Notes under the pieces: generated by a model
Told to the model about the DNA's origin: nothing
Database searches by the model: none
Seen by the model: the letters and a program-made list of their open reading frames with translations, nothing else
In this document: in pieces, positions 1 through 9,358 of the stretch
How positions within the stretch are numbered: position 1 is the stretch's first letter
How the letters are laid out: each line of letters opens with the position of its first letter
Program-made: the position numbers and the translations under genes
From: an uncultured bacterium
Lineage (GTDB): Bacteria > UBP7 > UBA6624
Assembly: GCA_964012435.1 (NCBI GenBank)
Contig: CAXGSM010000006.1
Coordinates: forward strand, 53 to 64,052
DNA: 64,000 nucleotides
Direction of reading: 5' to 3'

Positions 1-1932
1 AGATTGGGTGAAGGTTGGGTTGCTGTTTTTAAAATGGAAAGTCACAATCACCCATCAGCAATTGCTCCAAAACAGGGTTCAGCAACTGGTGTTGGTGGAA
101 TAATTCGAGATGTTCTTTCTATTGGAGCACCAGCTTCAGCGGTATTGGATATATTAATGTTCCCGCAAGAAGATTTTAAAAAAACGCCTTGGTATCTAAA
201 TGGTATTGTTGATGGTGTTGGGAGTTATGGTAATTGTGTAGGTGTGCCTAACCTTGGAGGACAAACTAGTTTTTATCCTGGCTATGAAGGCAATCCTCTT
301 GTTAATGCTATGTGTGTTGGTTTATGTAAGGAAAAAGATATGAAAAAAGCTGTAGCAAGTGGTGTTGGCAACAGCCTCCTGCTTATTGGAGCACCTACCG
401 GAAGAGACGGGATTCATGGGGCCACTTTTGCTTCAATGGATCTTGATGAAGATTCAGGTGATGATCTTCCTGCTGTACAGGTAGGAGACCCTTTTAGAGA
501 GAAACTATTGATTGAAGCAACTTCAGAAATTTTAGAAAAATGTGAAATTGTAGGTTTGCAAGATTTAGGAGCAGGAGGGATTACAGGATCATCAGCGGAA
601 ATGGCTGGTGCAGCTGGCCTAGGCGTAATTGTCCATTTGGATAAGGTGCCTCAAAGAGAAAAAGACATGCGTGATTATGATGTCGCTCTGTCAGAAAGTC
701 AAGAGAGAGCTTTGATATGTGCTACTCCACAAAATGTAGAAAAGATTATAAGGATCGCAGAGAAATGGGATTTAAGAGCAGCAGAAGTGGGAGTCGTCAC
801 CGAAACAGGAAAATTACAAATGATGTGGGATAAAGAGATCGTATGTGATTTGCCGATAAGCCTTATTGACATGGAGCTTGAATATGATAGGCCACAGAAA
901 AAACCTCATGCAAAAAAAATAGACGATCATGTTCCATATATTGGTTCAAAGGCAGATGATATTGAAAATGTTTTATTAAAAATGTCTTCAAATCCAAATA
1001 TATCTAGCAAAAAATGGGTTTGGAGACAGTATGACAGCCAAGTTCAAGCTTCGACAATTTTCAAACAAGGTAATGATTCAGGTGTGATTAAGGTTCCTGA
1101 TTCTGATTTAGCAGTTGGGATAACTGCTGATGCAAAGCCAATGTGGTGTTCTGTTGATCCATATTGGGGTGCTGCTCATACCGTTGTTGAGTCAGTATGC
1201 AATCTTGCATCTAAAGGAATTAAAGCTTTAGGAACAACTAATTGTTTAAATTTTGGAAATCCTGAAAATCCTGCTGTAATGTATTCTTTTTCAAAAGCAG
1301 TTGATGGCATAACGAAAGCGTGTCTCGAAATGGATACTCCCATTACTGGAGGCAATGTTTCTTTTTACAATGAAAGCCCTGACGGCGCTGTTCCTCCAAC
1401 TCCAAGCATAGGTATGGTTGGGGTAGCAAAAGATGTTTCTAAAATTCTGGGATCAGAAATACATACAGGCGATAAGATTTATGTTTTCGGGAATGAGAAT
1501 TGGGGTTTAGAAGGTTCTGAGTTTTTAAGATATGTGATGGAATCTAAACAAACAATGCTTCCGGAATTGAATTTTAAACATGCAAGATCAAGCATAAAGC
1601 AAGCAATTGATATAAGAAAAGAAGTTAAATGGATGGCTGATGTTTCTGAGGGTGGTATTTTTGATTGCATCTTAAGAATGATCCCCAAAGGGCATGGCAT
1701 TAATCTTTTCTGTCCTGAAGAAATACACTGGACAAGTTTTTTATTTTCTGAAGAAGCACATAGATTTATTGTTTGCTGTGATAAAGAAATTCATTTAGAA
1801 AATGCGGTATTAATAGGTGAAATTTCCGAGGAAGAAATTTTTTCAATCAAGAAAGAAGATTTATTTTCTGTTGATTTTGAAATTTTAAAAAATGCCTTTG
1901 AAAACACAATTGAAGATATAGCGGAACTCTAA
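1..1932 (+). CDS. purL: Phosphoribosylformylglycinamidine synthase subunit PurL (5'-truncated by window edge)
   Basis: Motifs KMESHNHPS, GSATGVGGIIRD, GRDGIHGATFAS, QVGDPF, DLGAGG, LSESQER, TNCLNFGNP and GGNVSFYN. The frame is open from position 1. Confidence 0.97.
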   Translation, partial: RLGEGWVAVFKMESHNHPSAIAPKQGSATGVGGIIRDVLSIGAPASAVLDILMFPQEDFKKTPWYLNGIVDGVGSYGNCVGVPNLGGQTSFYPGYEGNPLVNAMCVGLCKEKDMKKAVASGVGNSLLLIGAPTGRDGIHGATFASMDLDEDSGDDLPAVQVGDPFREKLLIEATSEILEKCEIVGLQDLGAGGITGSSAEMAGAAGLGVIVHLDKVPQREKDMRDYDVALSESQERALICATPQNVEKIIRIAEKWDLRAAEVGVVTETGKLQMMWDKEIVCDLPISLIDMELEYDRPQKKPHAKKIDDHVPYIGSKADDIENVLLKMSSNPNISSKKWVWRQYDSQVQASTIFKQGNDSGVIKVPDSDLAVGITADAKPMWCSVDPYWGAAHTVVESVCNLASKGIKALGTTNCLNFGNPENPAVMYSFSKAVDGITKACLEMDTPITGGNVSFYNESPDGAVPPTPSIGMVGVAKDVSKILGSEIHTGDKIYVFGNENWGLEGSEFLRYVMESKQTMLPELNFKHARSSIKQAIDIRKEVKWMADVSEGGIFDCILRMIPKGHGINLFCPEEIHWTSFLFSEEAHRFIVCCDKEIHLENAVLIGEISEEEIFSIKKEDLFSVDFEILKNAFENTIEDIAEL

Positions 1933-2864
1933 TAAACCTTTACAGGAATCAACCAATCAGATTTATCGCATGATGTAAGTGTCCATAAATATCCAGAAAA
2001 AGAAAAATCTAAAAATTTGCCATTTTCACAATCTATATTAAAGTCTTCTTCGATATTCTCTATTGTTAGTCTTTCTGGCGGGGCATCAAAACCAGTCCAT
2101 CCACTCCATAATTCTGTTCCCTCTTCTGAAATTGCCCAGTATTTTCCATTTTCAAATTGTTTATATTTTTTTACACTATCGGGCATTTGTTTTTGAGATT
2201 TTTCAACATATTCATTATTTTCAAATCTGTAGGAAAATACCACATCAAAAAAACACAAGTTTGCCCATCCGTATTCATACACATTGACACAATTAAAACC
2301 TTTTTCTCCACGTATCTTATAAAGTTCAACACCTGTGACCTCGGTACCATTATCAGGTCGGTTATTGATTTTTATAACACTTTCATCTTCTGCAACAAAT
2401 TCATTCATATTTAGCTCTATGTAGTGTGGTGACGGTATTTGATTCAGATCACCATACCTTGCTAACCCAACAAATTTATCAGGCGATTCCCAGTAGCCTG
2501 AAATAATAGGCATGAACCTAAAAATACTTTCATTGCCTGATATTTTTTTTTGAATTTTTTTGTTTTTTATATCAATTTTGTAAAAACCTTGTGGCCACGA
2601 AGACGTCCATAAATGATTTTGATAAACCTCTATATCTAAGGGTCTAATCACAGTGCCTTTTGGCCTGAATGAAAAAATAGATTTTTTTGTTTTTTGATCA
2701 AACACCTTAATTAGTGATTCATTATTTTCTTCAGCATAGTAGATGGCATATTGTTGATTCATCTGATCAACAGAAACTAATTCCGGCCTACTGTTGTCTT
2801 TTTGGCTGACTAGCTTTATTGGCTGAAGTTCAATCTGCAATAATAAAAATATAATAAAAATCAT
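1929..2864 (-). CDS. Hypothetical exported protein, possibly beta-propeller-like
   Basis: 311-aa ORF with a short hydrophobic N-terminus (MIFIIFLLLQ) and a beta-rich aromatic body. Its ATG overlaps the lnt stop. No family recognised. Confidence 0.6.
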   Translation of the reverse strand: MIFIIFLLLQIELQPIKLVSQKDNSRPELVSVDQMNQQYAIYYAEENNESLIKVFDQKTKKSIFSFRPKGTVIRPLDIEVYQNHLWTSSWPQGFYKIDIKNKKIQKKISGNESIFRFMPIISGYWESPDKFVGLARYGDLNQIPSPHYIELNMNEFVAEDESVIKINNRPDNGTEVTGVELYKIRGEKGFNCVNVYEYGWANLCFFDVVFSYRFENNEYVEKSQKQMPDSVKKYKQFENGKYWAISEEGTELWSGWTGFDAPPERLTIENIEEDFNIDCENGKFLDFSFSGYLWTLTSCDKSDWLIPVKVY

Positions 2865-4288
2865 TTTCTTCTTATGTTTAGCAGGCAGATAATTATTGAT
2901 GGGAATAATAGTAAAAAATCACCAAATTTATTGAAAATAGTGTTTCTTTTTTGAATTTTTATTTTTTGATTTTGAAATAAATCTTCGCCTAAAGGGCTTT
3001 CAAATAAAACTTTACCATTGATATCCACAATAGAAGATCCTCCACCTGTAATTATAGAAATCATGTTTCTTCCTGATTCAAGAGCTCTCATTTTAATTAA
3101 TCGGCTAAATTGCTGTGTAGCATTTTGAGAAAACCAAGAAGTGTTAGATGCAACCACTAAAAAATCTGTCTTTTTTGATATTTGAGTTCTTGTTGCTTCA
3201 GGGAATAACGCTTCCCAACAAAGCAAAGGGCCTATATTTAGGTTGTTTACAACAATATCACCACCACCATCACCTGGCGAAACATCCCTGACTGGCCATC
3301 CGTAGTCCGGCATGATTTCAGTTACTAATTTTCTAAAAATTACAAATTCACCCATTGGAACCAGAAATCTTTTTTCATAAGGTTTTTCAAGATACTGTTT
3401 GTTTGGATATGAAACCCCATACACATTATGAAAATTTTCAGAATCATTAATAAATGCCCCATAAAGTATAGGCACATTAGATTTCTTTGATATATTCGCT
3501 ACAACATCACTTGGATATTCTGAAACTATAGCTGACTCAGGCCATAGTATTACCTGTGGTTCGGTTTCGAAATTAGAACTTCCTTCTAGATAGAATTGTT
3601 TGATTTCGTTAAGTACATTTGCATCCCACCTTTCGATTGCAGCCTTACCATTAGAAACTATTCTCACTGTTGCTTCTCCTTCAAAATCATCAATATTATT
3701 TTTTAGTGGAAAACCGTAAATAAAACAAAGAGAACATAAGCATATCGCCTTAGATGTTTTGTCTTTTTTGGTAATTGATGAATAAAGAGACACTGCAAAA
3801 AGCATCAGTATGAAAGACAGTCCATTTAAACCAACAACTGATGCAAAAGCCATATTGTCTGAATTCCATGTTAACCAGTTTCCCAAATTGGTCCATGACC
3901 ATTTAAACATACCAAGGCCTCTTGAGTATTCGTATAGGTACCAAGCGAAAGGTATCAACCATAAAATGTTCTTCTGTCTTTTGACTCTTTTCCTCAAGGA
4001 CGCAAAAAGATAAGCAAAAACTGCAAATTCTGATGCGAGAATTAATGCAACCAGAATCCATGCAACAGGTGAAAGAGCTTTCATCCAGTAAACAGCAATA
4101 ATGTTTTGGACAAAAATAACTAATGATCCATATTTAATTAAATCCACAGTGTTGTATTCGGATAAAGCATAAACCATAAAAATTAAAGAGAGGACAGCAA
4201 GGGGCCACATGCTTTCGAAAAGAAAAGGTGCACTCCACAATACACCAAGCATCATTGACAGAAATGTTTTGTTTTTTAAAAGCTTCAT
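2861..4288 (-). CDS. lnt: Apolipoprotein N-acyltransferase
   Basis: N-terminal TM helices, then nitrilase-fold motifs WPESA, YEKRFLVPMGE, LLCWEALFP, SNTSWF and RALESGR. Start moved to ATG 4288, which overlaps the secA stop. Confidence 0.93.
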   Translation of the reverse strand: MKLLKNKTFLSMMLGVLWSAPFLFESMWPLAVLSLIFMVYALSEYNTVDLIKYGSLVIFVQNIIAVYWMKALSPVAWILVALILASEFAVFAYLFASLRKRVKRQKNILWLIPFAWYLYEYSRGLGMFKWSWTNLGNWLTWNSDNMAFASVVGLNGLSFILMLFAVSLYSSITKKDKTSKAICLCSLCFIYGFPLKNNIDDFEGEATVRIVSNGKAAIERWDANVLNEIKQFYLEGSSNFETEPQVILWPESAIVSEYPSDVVANISKKSNVPILYGAFINDSENFHNVYGVSYPNKQYLEKPYEKRFLVPMGEFVIFRKLVTEIMPDYGWPVRDVSPGDGGGDIVVNNLNIGPLLCWEALFPEATRTQISKKTDFLVVASNTSWFSQNATQQFSRLIKMRALESGRNMISIITGGGSSIVDINGKVLFESPLGEDLFQNQKIKIQKRNTIFNKFGDFLLLFPSIIICLLNIRRK

Positions 4289-6924
4289 TTTTTGATGCAG
4301 TGAGGCCAACATTTTTTATATTTTTTGCCACTGCCACAAGGACAAGGATCATTTCTTCCAACCTTTTTTAGATCATCTTTTTTGCCAAGAAAAGCATTCA
4401 TTTTTGTTTTAGTTTCCTTGTGTTCATTGTTCTGGATTGGCATTGGTCTTTCTTTCTGTTTGACTTTTGCCATAAATACTGCCTGAACTACATCTCTTTG
4501 AATATTTTGGATGAGTATATTAAATAGATCAAAAGCTTCTTTTGCATAGACGGTTAAGGGATCCACTCTTCCGTATCCACGCATCGATACTCCATCTCTT
4601 AAGTTTGACATATCTGTTAAATGATTCATCCACCTTTTGTCAACCGCTCTTAATGCTGCCCATTTTGAGAGTTGTTCCATGATTGATTCACTTAATTCCT
4701 CAATCCTTTTTCTCAAAGCTTCTTTTGCGGATTCTTCCAAGATTTTTTCCACCTCAGAGGATTTAATATTTTCTCTTTTAATTGTTTCTATTGCAGTGTC
4801 CGATAAAGGCATGATTACTGATAAATCTTGCTTCAGGCCATCAATGTTCCACTCCGATCTCTTTAGGGATGTAGATGCATGGGTTTCTATTGAGTTTTTT
4901 ATCACGTCTGATATAAAACCATCAATTTGTTTTAAGAAGCTATCTATATTTAAAACATTCTCCCTCTCCTCATATATAACCTTTCTTTGTTCATTTAGTA
5001 CATCGTCATATTTCAATAATGACTTTCTAACTTCGTAATGGTGACCTTCAATTCTTTTTTGAACATTTTCAATCATTCGATCTAAAAGTGGATGAAATAA
5101 TGCTTCGTTTTCTGGCCATTGGAACCGACTCATCATTTCTTCAACTCTATCAACAGCAAATCTACGCATGATGTCATCTTCTAGACTAAGTAGAAACTCG
5201 CTAGAGCCAGGATCTCCTTGTCTGCCAGAACGTCCAATGAGTTGGTTGTCAATCCTCCTTGCTTCATGCCTTTCTGTCCCTAAAACCTTCAGCCCTCCCA
5301 ATTCGATAACTTTGGCTGCCTCTTCTGAACATATTTGTTTTGCTTTTTTTGTATGTTTGTCTTTTATCCCTTTGTCTAAATTTACATCATCAGCTTTATG
5401 CCCTTCAGCTTCAATGAAATCCTTTGCTAAAAATTCAGGATTGCCACCTAAGAGTATGTCTGTTCCCCTTCCTGCCATATTGGTAGCTATTGTTACGGCG
5501 CCATACCTTCCTGCTTGTGCAATTATGTTTGCTTCTTTTTCATGATGTTTAGCATTAAGAACGTTATGTAAAATTTGTTCTTTTTTTAGCATTTTTGATA
5601 ACTTTTCACTATTTTCAATTGACACAGTTCCAACCAAGACAGGCTGACCCAATGTGTTGGATTCCTTTATTTTTTTAATGGCAGCTTGATATTTTTCATG
5701 TTGAGACTTATAAACTTCATCTCTAAATTTCTTTCTTTTTAGATTTTGATTTGTTGGCACTGACATAACATCCATGTTGTAGATATCTATAAACTCTCTT
5801 TCTTCTGTTTTGGCAGTTCCGGTCATTCCCGAAAGCTTTTCATAAAGTCTGAAATAATTTTGAATTGTTATTGTTGCTACAGTTAATGTTTCAGCACGTA
5901 TTGGAACTCTTTCTTTTGCCTCAATTGCCTGGTGAAGACCGTCACCATATCTTCTACCAAACATTAATCTACCTGTGAATTCATCAACAATAATAATCTG
6001 CCCTTCTTTCACTATGTAGTCTCTTTCTTTTTGGTAGAGGAATTTTGCCTTTAATGCCTGAGAAACTTTTTGGTTAATTTGTGCATTTTCAAAATCAAAT
6101 AAATTTTTGATATTTAAAGTATTTTGAATCTTGTCTACTCCCTGCTCGTTCAAAACCACTGAATGTGACTTTTCTTCAATTTCGACATCATTTTGGTTTA
6201 TCTTTACAACTGCACGATATACAGATTCATATTCGCCAGTTGTTCCACTTGGAGGTCCTGATATTATCAAAGGAGTTCTTGCTTCATCAATCAATATACT
6301 GTCAACCTCATCCACAATTGCAAAATAATGTCCTCTTTGGACTTTGTCGTTGTTGTTGTAAACCATATTGTCTTTTAGGTAATCAAAACCAAATGCAGAA
6401 TTTGTTCCATAGGTTATATCATTTTCATATATTTGTTTTCTTTCTGCATTTGGTTTATCTTGTTGGAGCGATCCGTAACTTAAACCCATAAAGCTGTAAA
6501 GTGGACCCATCCATTCAGCATCTCTTTTAGCCAAATAATCATTAACCGTTACAACATGTACACCTTTTCCTGATAATGCATTTAGATAAACTGGTAATGT
6601 TGCTGAAAGAGTTTTTCCTTCACCTGTGACCATTTCAGCAATTCTTCCCTGGTGTAATGCTGCTCCTCCCAGGATTTGAACATCATAATGTCTCATACCA
6701 AGCGTTCTGATTGATGCTTCCCTCATTGCAGCATATGCTTCAGGCAATATTGAATCAATCTTCTCTCCATTGTTGATTCTTAATTTGAAATCAGGAGTTA
6801 ATCTTTGAATCTCTTCATCAGAAAGTTTTTTCATTTTTTCTTCCAAAGAAGAAACCTTATTTAAGATTGGTTGAAGCTTTCTTACCTCAATTTTATTTTT
6901 ACTAAAATATTCTAAAAAATTCAT
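4285..6924 (-). CDS. secA: Preprotein translocase ATPase SecA
   Basis: Motifs GEGKT, VTVNDYLA, DEVDSILIDEARTPLIISG, ATNMAGRGTDI and GRSGRQGDPG, plus a C-terminal GRNDPCPCGSGKKYKKC. Confidence 0.99.
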   Translation of the reverse strand: MNFLEYFSKNKIEVRKLQPILNKVSSLEEKMKKLSDEEIQRLTPDFKLRINNGEKIDSILPEAYAAMREASIRTLGMRHYDVQILGGAALHQGRIAEMVTGEGKTLSATLPVYLNALSGKGVHVVTVNDYLAKRDAEWMGPLYSFMGLSYGSLQQDKPNAERKQIYENDITYGTNSAFGFDYLKDNMVYNNNDKVQRGHYFAIVDEVDSILIDEARTPLIISGPPSGTTGEYESVYRAVVKINQNDVEIEEKSHSVVLNEQGVDKIQNTLNIKNLFDFENAQINQKVSQALKAKFLYQKERDYIVKEGQIIIVDEFTGRLMFGRRYGDGLHQAIEAKERVPIRAETLTVATITIQNYFRLYEKLSGMTGTAKTEEREFIDIYNMDVMSVPTNQNLKRKKFRDEVYKSQHEKYQAAIKKIKESNTLGQPVLVGTVSIENSEKLSKMLKKEQILHNVLNAKHHEKEANIIAQAGRYGAVTIATNMAGRGTDILLGGNPEFLAKDFIEAEGHKADDVNLDKGIKDKHTKKAKQICSEEAAKVIELGGLKVLGTERHEARRIDNQLIGRSGRQGDPGSSEFLLSLEDDIMRRFAVDRVEEMMSRFQWPENEALFHPLLDRMIENVQKRIEGHHYEVRKSLLKYDDVLNEQRKVIYEERENVLNIDSFLKQIDGFISDVIKNSIETHASTSLKRSEWNIDGLKQDLSVIMPLSDTAIETIKRENIKSSEVEKILEESAKEALRKRIEELSESIMEQLSKWAALRAVDKRWMNHLTDMSNLRDGVSMRGYGRVDPLTVYAKEAFDLFNILIQNIQRDVVQAVFMAKVKQKERPMPIQNNEHKETKTKMNAFLGKKDDLKKVGRNDPCPCGSGKKYKKCWPHCIKK

Positions 6925-9263
6925 TAGTCAATTGCTATATTGCCTTTAGCTTTTTCTATAGTTCCTTTTTCTGCAATTAAATCCCATACAAATCTATCAC
7001 CCTTAAGGACATTCCCGTCTTTATATTGAACTGTAACACCATCATAAAAAATTATATTTTCTGCATTTGTTCTTACTTTTGCATAGTCGGCACGAACATT
7101 AACATCTTGATGCTTCATCACCACATTACCTTCAAATTTATAACCACCATCTTCTTCAGCAGCTGCTTCAGATGATATTGTTGTCTTAGTGTTACTGTTG
7201 TATTCCCAGGAAATTGGCCCCAACGCTTCCCAAAAGTCATTTTTTTTAATCAATTTGCTGGCGAATAGTTTATCTTTTTCACCTTCAATCCTAGGGTAAC
7301 CCTCTAATGTTGACATGTTTTCAACTTCTAACCATTGCCATTTTTCACCATAAGCTCTTCTCTTTTCCAATTCATTCTTTATTGAAACATTACCAAGTAT
7401 TGATATTTGACTGCTGTCTTCTTTCATATTTCCTATTTCACCTTTTATTGTCCATTCTGGATGTTTAATTTCTGGTTTATTCATTTCCCAAAAATGATCA
7501 TCCGAAAAGACTTTATCGGTAGTAATTATTATATTTTCCATAACCCCAAGCCATCCTTCTTTACTTGTCATTTCTAGTTCATTGATTAAGTATTCATTAT
7601 CAGCATTAATTATGATTTTTTGCATTTCTCCAATCCAGGTTGGATTTTCCATTATGCAAGATTGAGAACAGTCTAGGCCAACAGGATCCCATTGAAAATT
7701 TATCTTATCGCCATTAAGTTTAAGATCATTAACAAAAATTTTTGTATCCAATGGTGAAAATCCTGTTTTTTTAAGAGTGTTTAATTGAAGTGTTTTTGAT
7801 TCAATTTCTAAATCTTTATTTAATGATATTCGAGCCTCAGTGATATCAAATATATTTTTGTCAGTCTCTGTCGATAGGCTTAAAGCAATAATTTTGTTAT
7901 CATCAATATATCCTTTTAACGGTCCTGATCTAATTAAGTTTAATTCTTTTTGATAATTAAGATTTTGAACCTCACCTTCGAATACCTCTTTGTACTTTAA
8001 CTGACTGCTTCCCAGAAATTTTACCAGCTCTGGATTTACCCTTGCAGCTTGTGATAAAGTTTCAAAATCATTATTTTTATATTCTGCAAAACCATTGATT
8101 TTTAATTGTTCTAAACCAGGATCCCATTCTCCATTTTCTCCACCTATGAATACCTCACCCTCAGACCATGAGAAACCGCCTTGAAGCAGGTATTTTTTAG
8201 GATCTTGGGTTACTTCTAACAGACCATTAATGTTTAAAAGTGGCAACTTACCAGTGTCAAAAAAATTTTTCTGCATTTGCATTGATGCTGGACCATTGAG
8301 TTTTAAGTATTCATTATTTTTATTAAAAAAACCAGATTCAGCTTTGAGAGTCTTATCGTCCTCTTCAAAGACGATGTTTTTTTCAAAATTAAAATAACCT
8401 GGATTCCAGTAATATTCAACACTGTCTGCCATTATCTTTCTCGGTTTGTCCGAGGTCTTTTCTTCTATTTTGACATTTTCTGAAAGGTAAGCTACATAGT
8501 CTTTGCTTTTTGCTTGCAGGATTTCTGCACTGACATCCCAATTTTTGATTTTTAATGTTGGCTTGCCAGGGGGAGAAAGTTGAGGTATACCTAGTGATTT
8601 GAAAACTGGCTCTCTATTTGCTGTTATTAATGCCTGAGGCCTTTGGTCTTCATCCCAATTTTTAGACTGAGCTGTAATTATTCCATTTTGAGTGTTGTAA
8701 ACTGCAAGCCCACCCTCTACATGAGGATCTTCAGGGCTTTTCAAAAGTTTAGCGTGCCATCGCCCTATTAAGAGGACATTGTCTTCGTTTGTTTCAAAAA
8801 GTACATCTTCACCAGTGATGTCAATATCTTCATTTTTTAAATTTACAGAATCTGGAAAGAATAAAAGTTGGGATTTTTTCGTCCATAAAGCTCTCATTGT
8901 TTTTGCAGTAATGCCGTCGTTTGTTTTTGCTGAAAAGGGTCCTTCGAATTCAAGCGTTTCCATCAGGTCGTTATATTTTGCAGATTTTGAATCTACCTCT
9001 ACATAAGGTTCATAATTTCTATAAAAAATTGCTTCAGTTATGTCTTTTATTAACCATAAATTTTCTTTTGTTTCCTCCAGGTTGTTTGTGATTATTTTTG
9101 CTACTTGTCTTTCTTGATCCCAGATTGTTATTTTCGATTCATAAATTCTTCTAGGCTCTCCAGTTGATTCAAAAAGTGATTTTGTTTTTTGTTTACCTAG
9201 ATTATTAATCCATGTAAATGAAGAAAACAATAGCAATGTGTAAATCAGGTATTTTTTAACCAT
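6924..9263 (-). CDS. Large LptC/LptA (OstA)-like repeated beta-jellyroll protein
   Basis: N-terminal hydrophobic anchor, then recurrent OstA-like strands (AKYND..LEFEG, ADSVEY..FEKNI, FEGNVVMKH..VRADYA, LKGDRFVWDL). LPS genes lie elsewhere in the window. Confidence 0.65.
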   Translation of the reverse strand: MVKKYLIYTLLLFSSFTWINNLGKQKTKSLFESTGEPRRIYESKITIWDQERQVAKIITNNLEETKENLWLIKDITEAIFYRNYEPYVEVDSKSAKYNDLMETLEFEGPFSAKTNDGITAKTMRALWTKKSQLLFFPDSVNLKNEDIDITGEDVLFETNEDNVLLIGRWHAKLLKSPEDPHVEGGLAVYNTQNGIITAQSKNWDEDQRPQALITANREPVFKSLGIPQLSPPGKPTLKIKNWDVSAEILQAKSKDYVAYLSENVKIEEKTSDKPRKIMADSVEYYWNPGYFNFEKNIVFEEDDKTLKAESGFFNKNNEYLKLNGPASMQMQKNFFDTGKLPLLNINGLLEVTQDPKKYLLQGGFSWSEGEVFIGGENGEWDPGLEQLKINGFAEYKNNDFETLSQAARVNPELVKFLGSSQLKYKEVFEGEVQNLNYQKELNLIRSGPLKGYIDDNKIIALSLSTETDKNIFDITEARISLNKDLEIESKTLQLNTLKKTGFSPLDTKIFVNDLKLNGDKINFQWDPVGLDCSQSCIMENPTWIGEMQKIIINADNEYLINELEMTSKEGWLGVMENIIITTDKVFSDDHFWEMNKPEIKHPEWTIKGEIGNMKEDSSQISILGNVSIKNELEKRRAYGEKWQWLEVENMSTLEGYPRIEGEKDKLFASKLIKKNDFWEALGPISWEYNSNTKTTISSEAAAEEDGGYKFEGNVVMKHQDVNVRADYAKVRTNAENIIFYDGVTVQYKDGNVLKGDRFVWDLIAEKGTIEKAKGNIAID

Positions 9264-9358
9264 AAAACAATTCTAGATTCACTTTCGGTTTTCAGGTTTT
9301 TTAAATGTTTTTACAAGCAATAAAAATAATTTTTGGGCTTTTATAATTTATAAACAGA

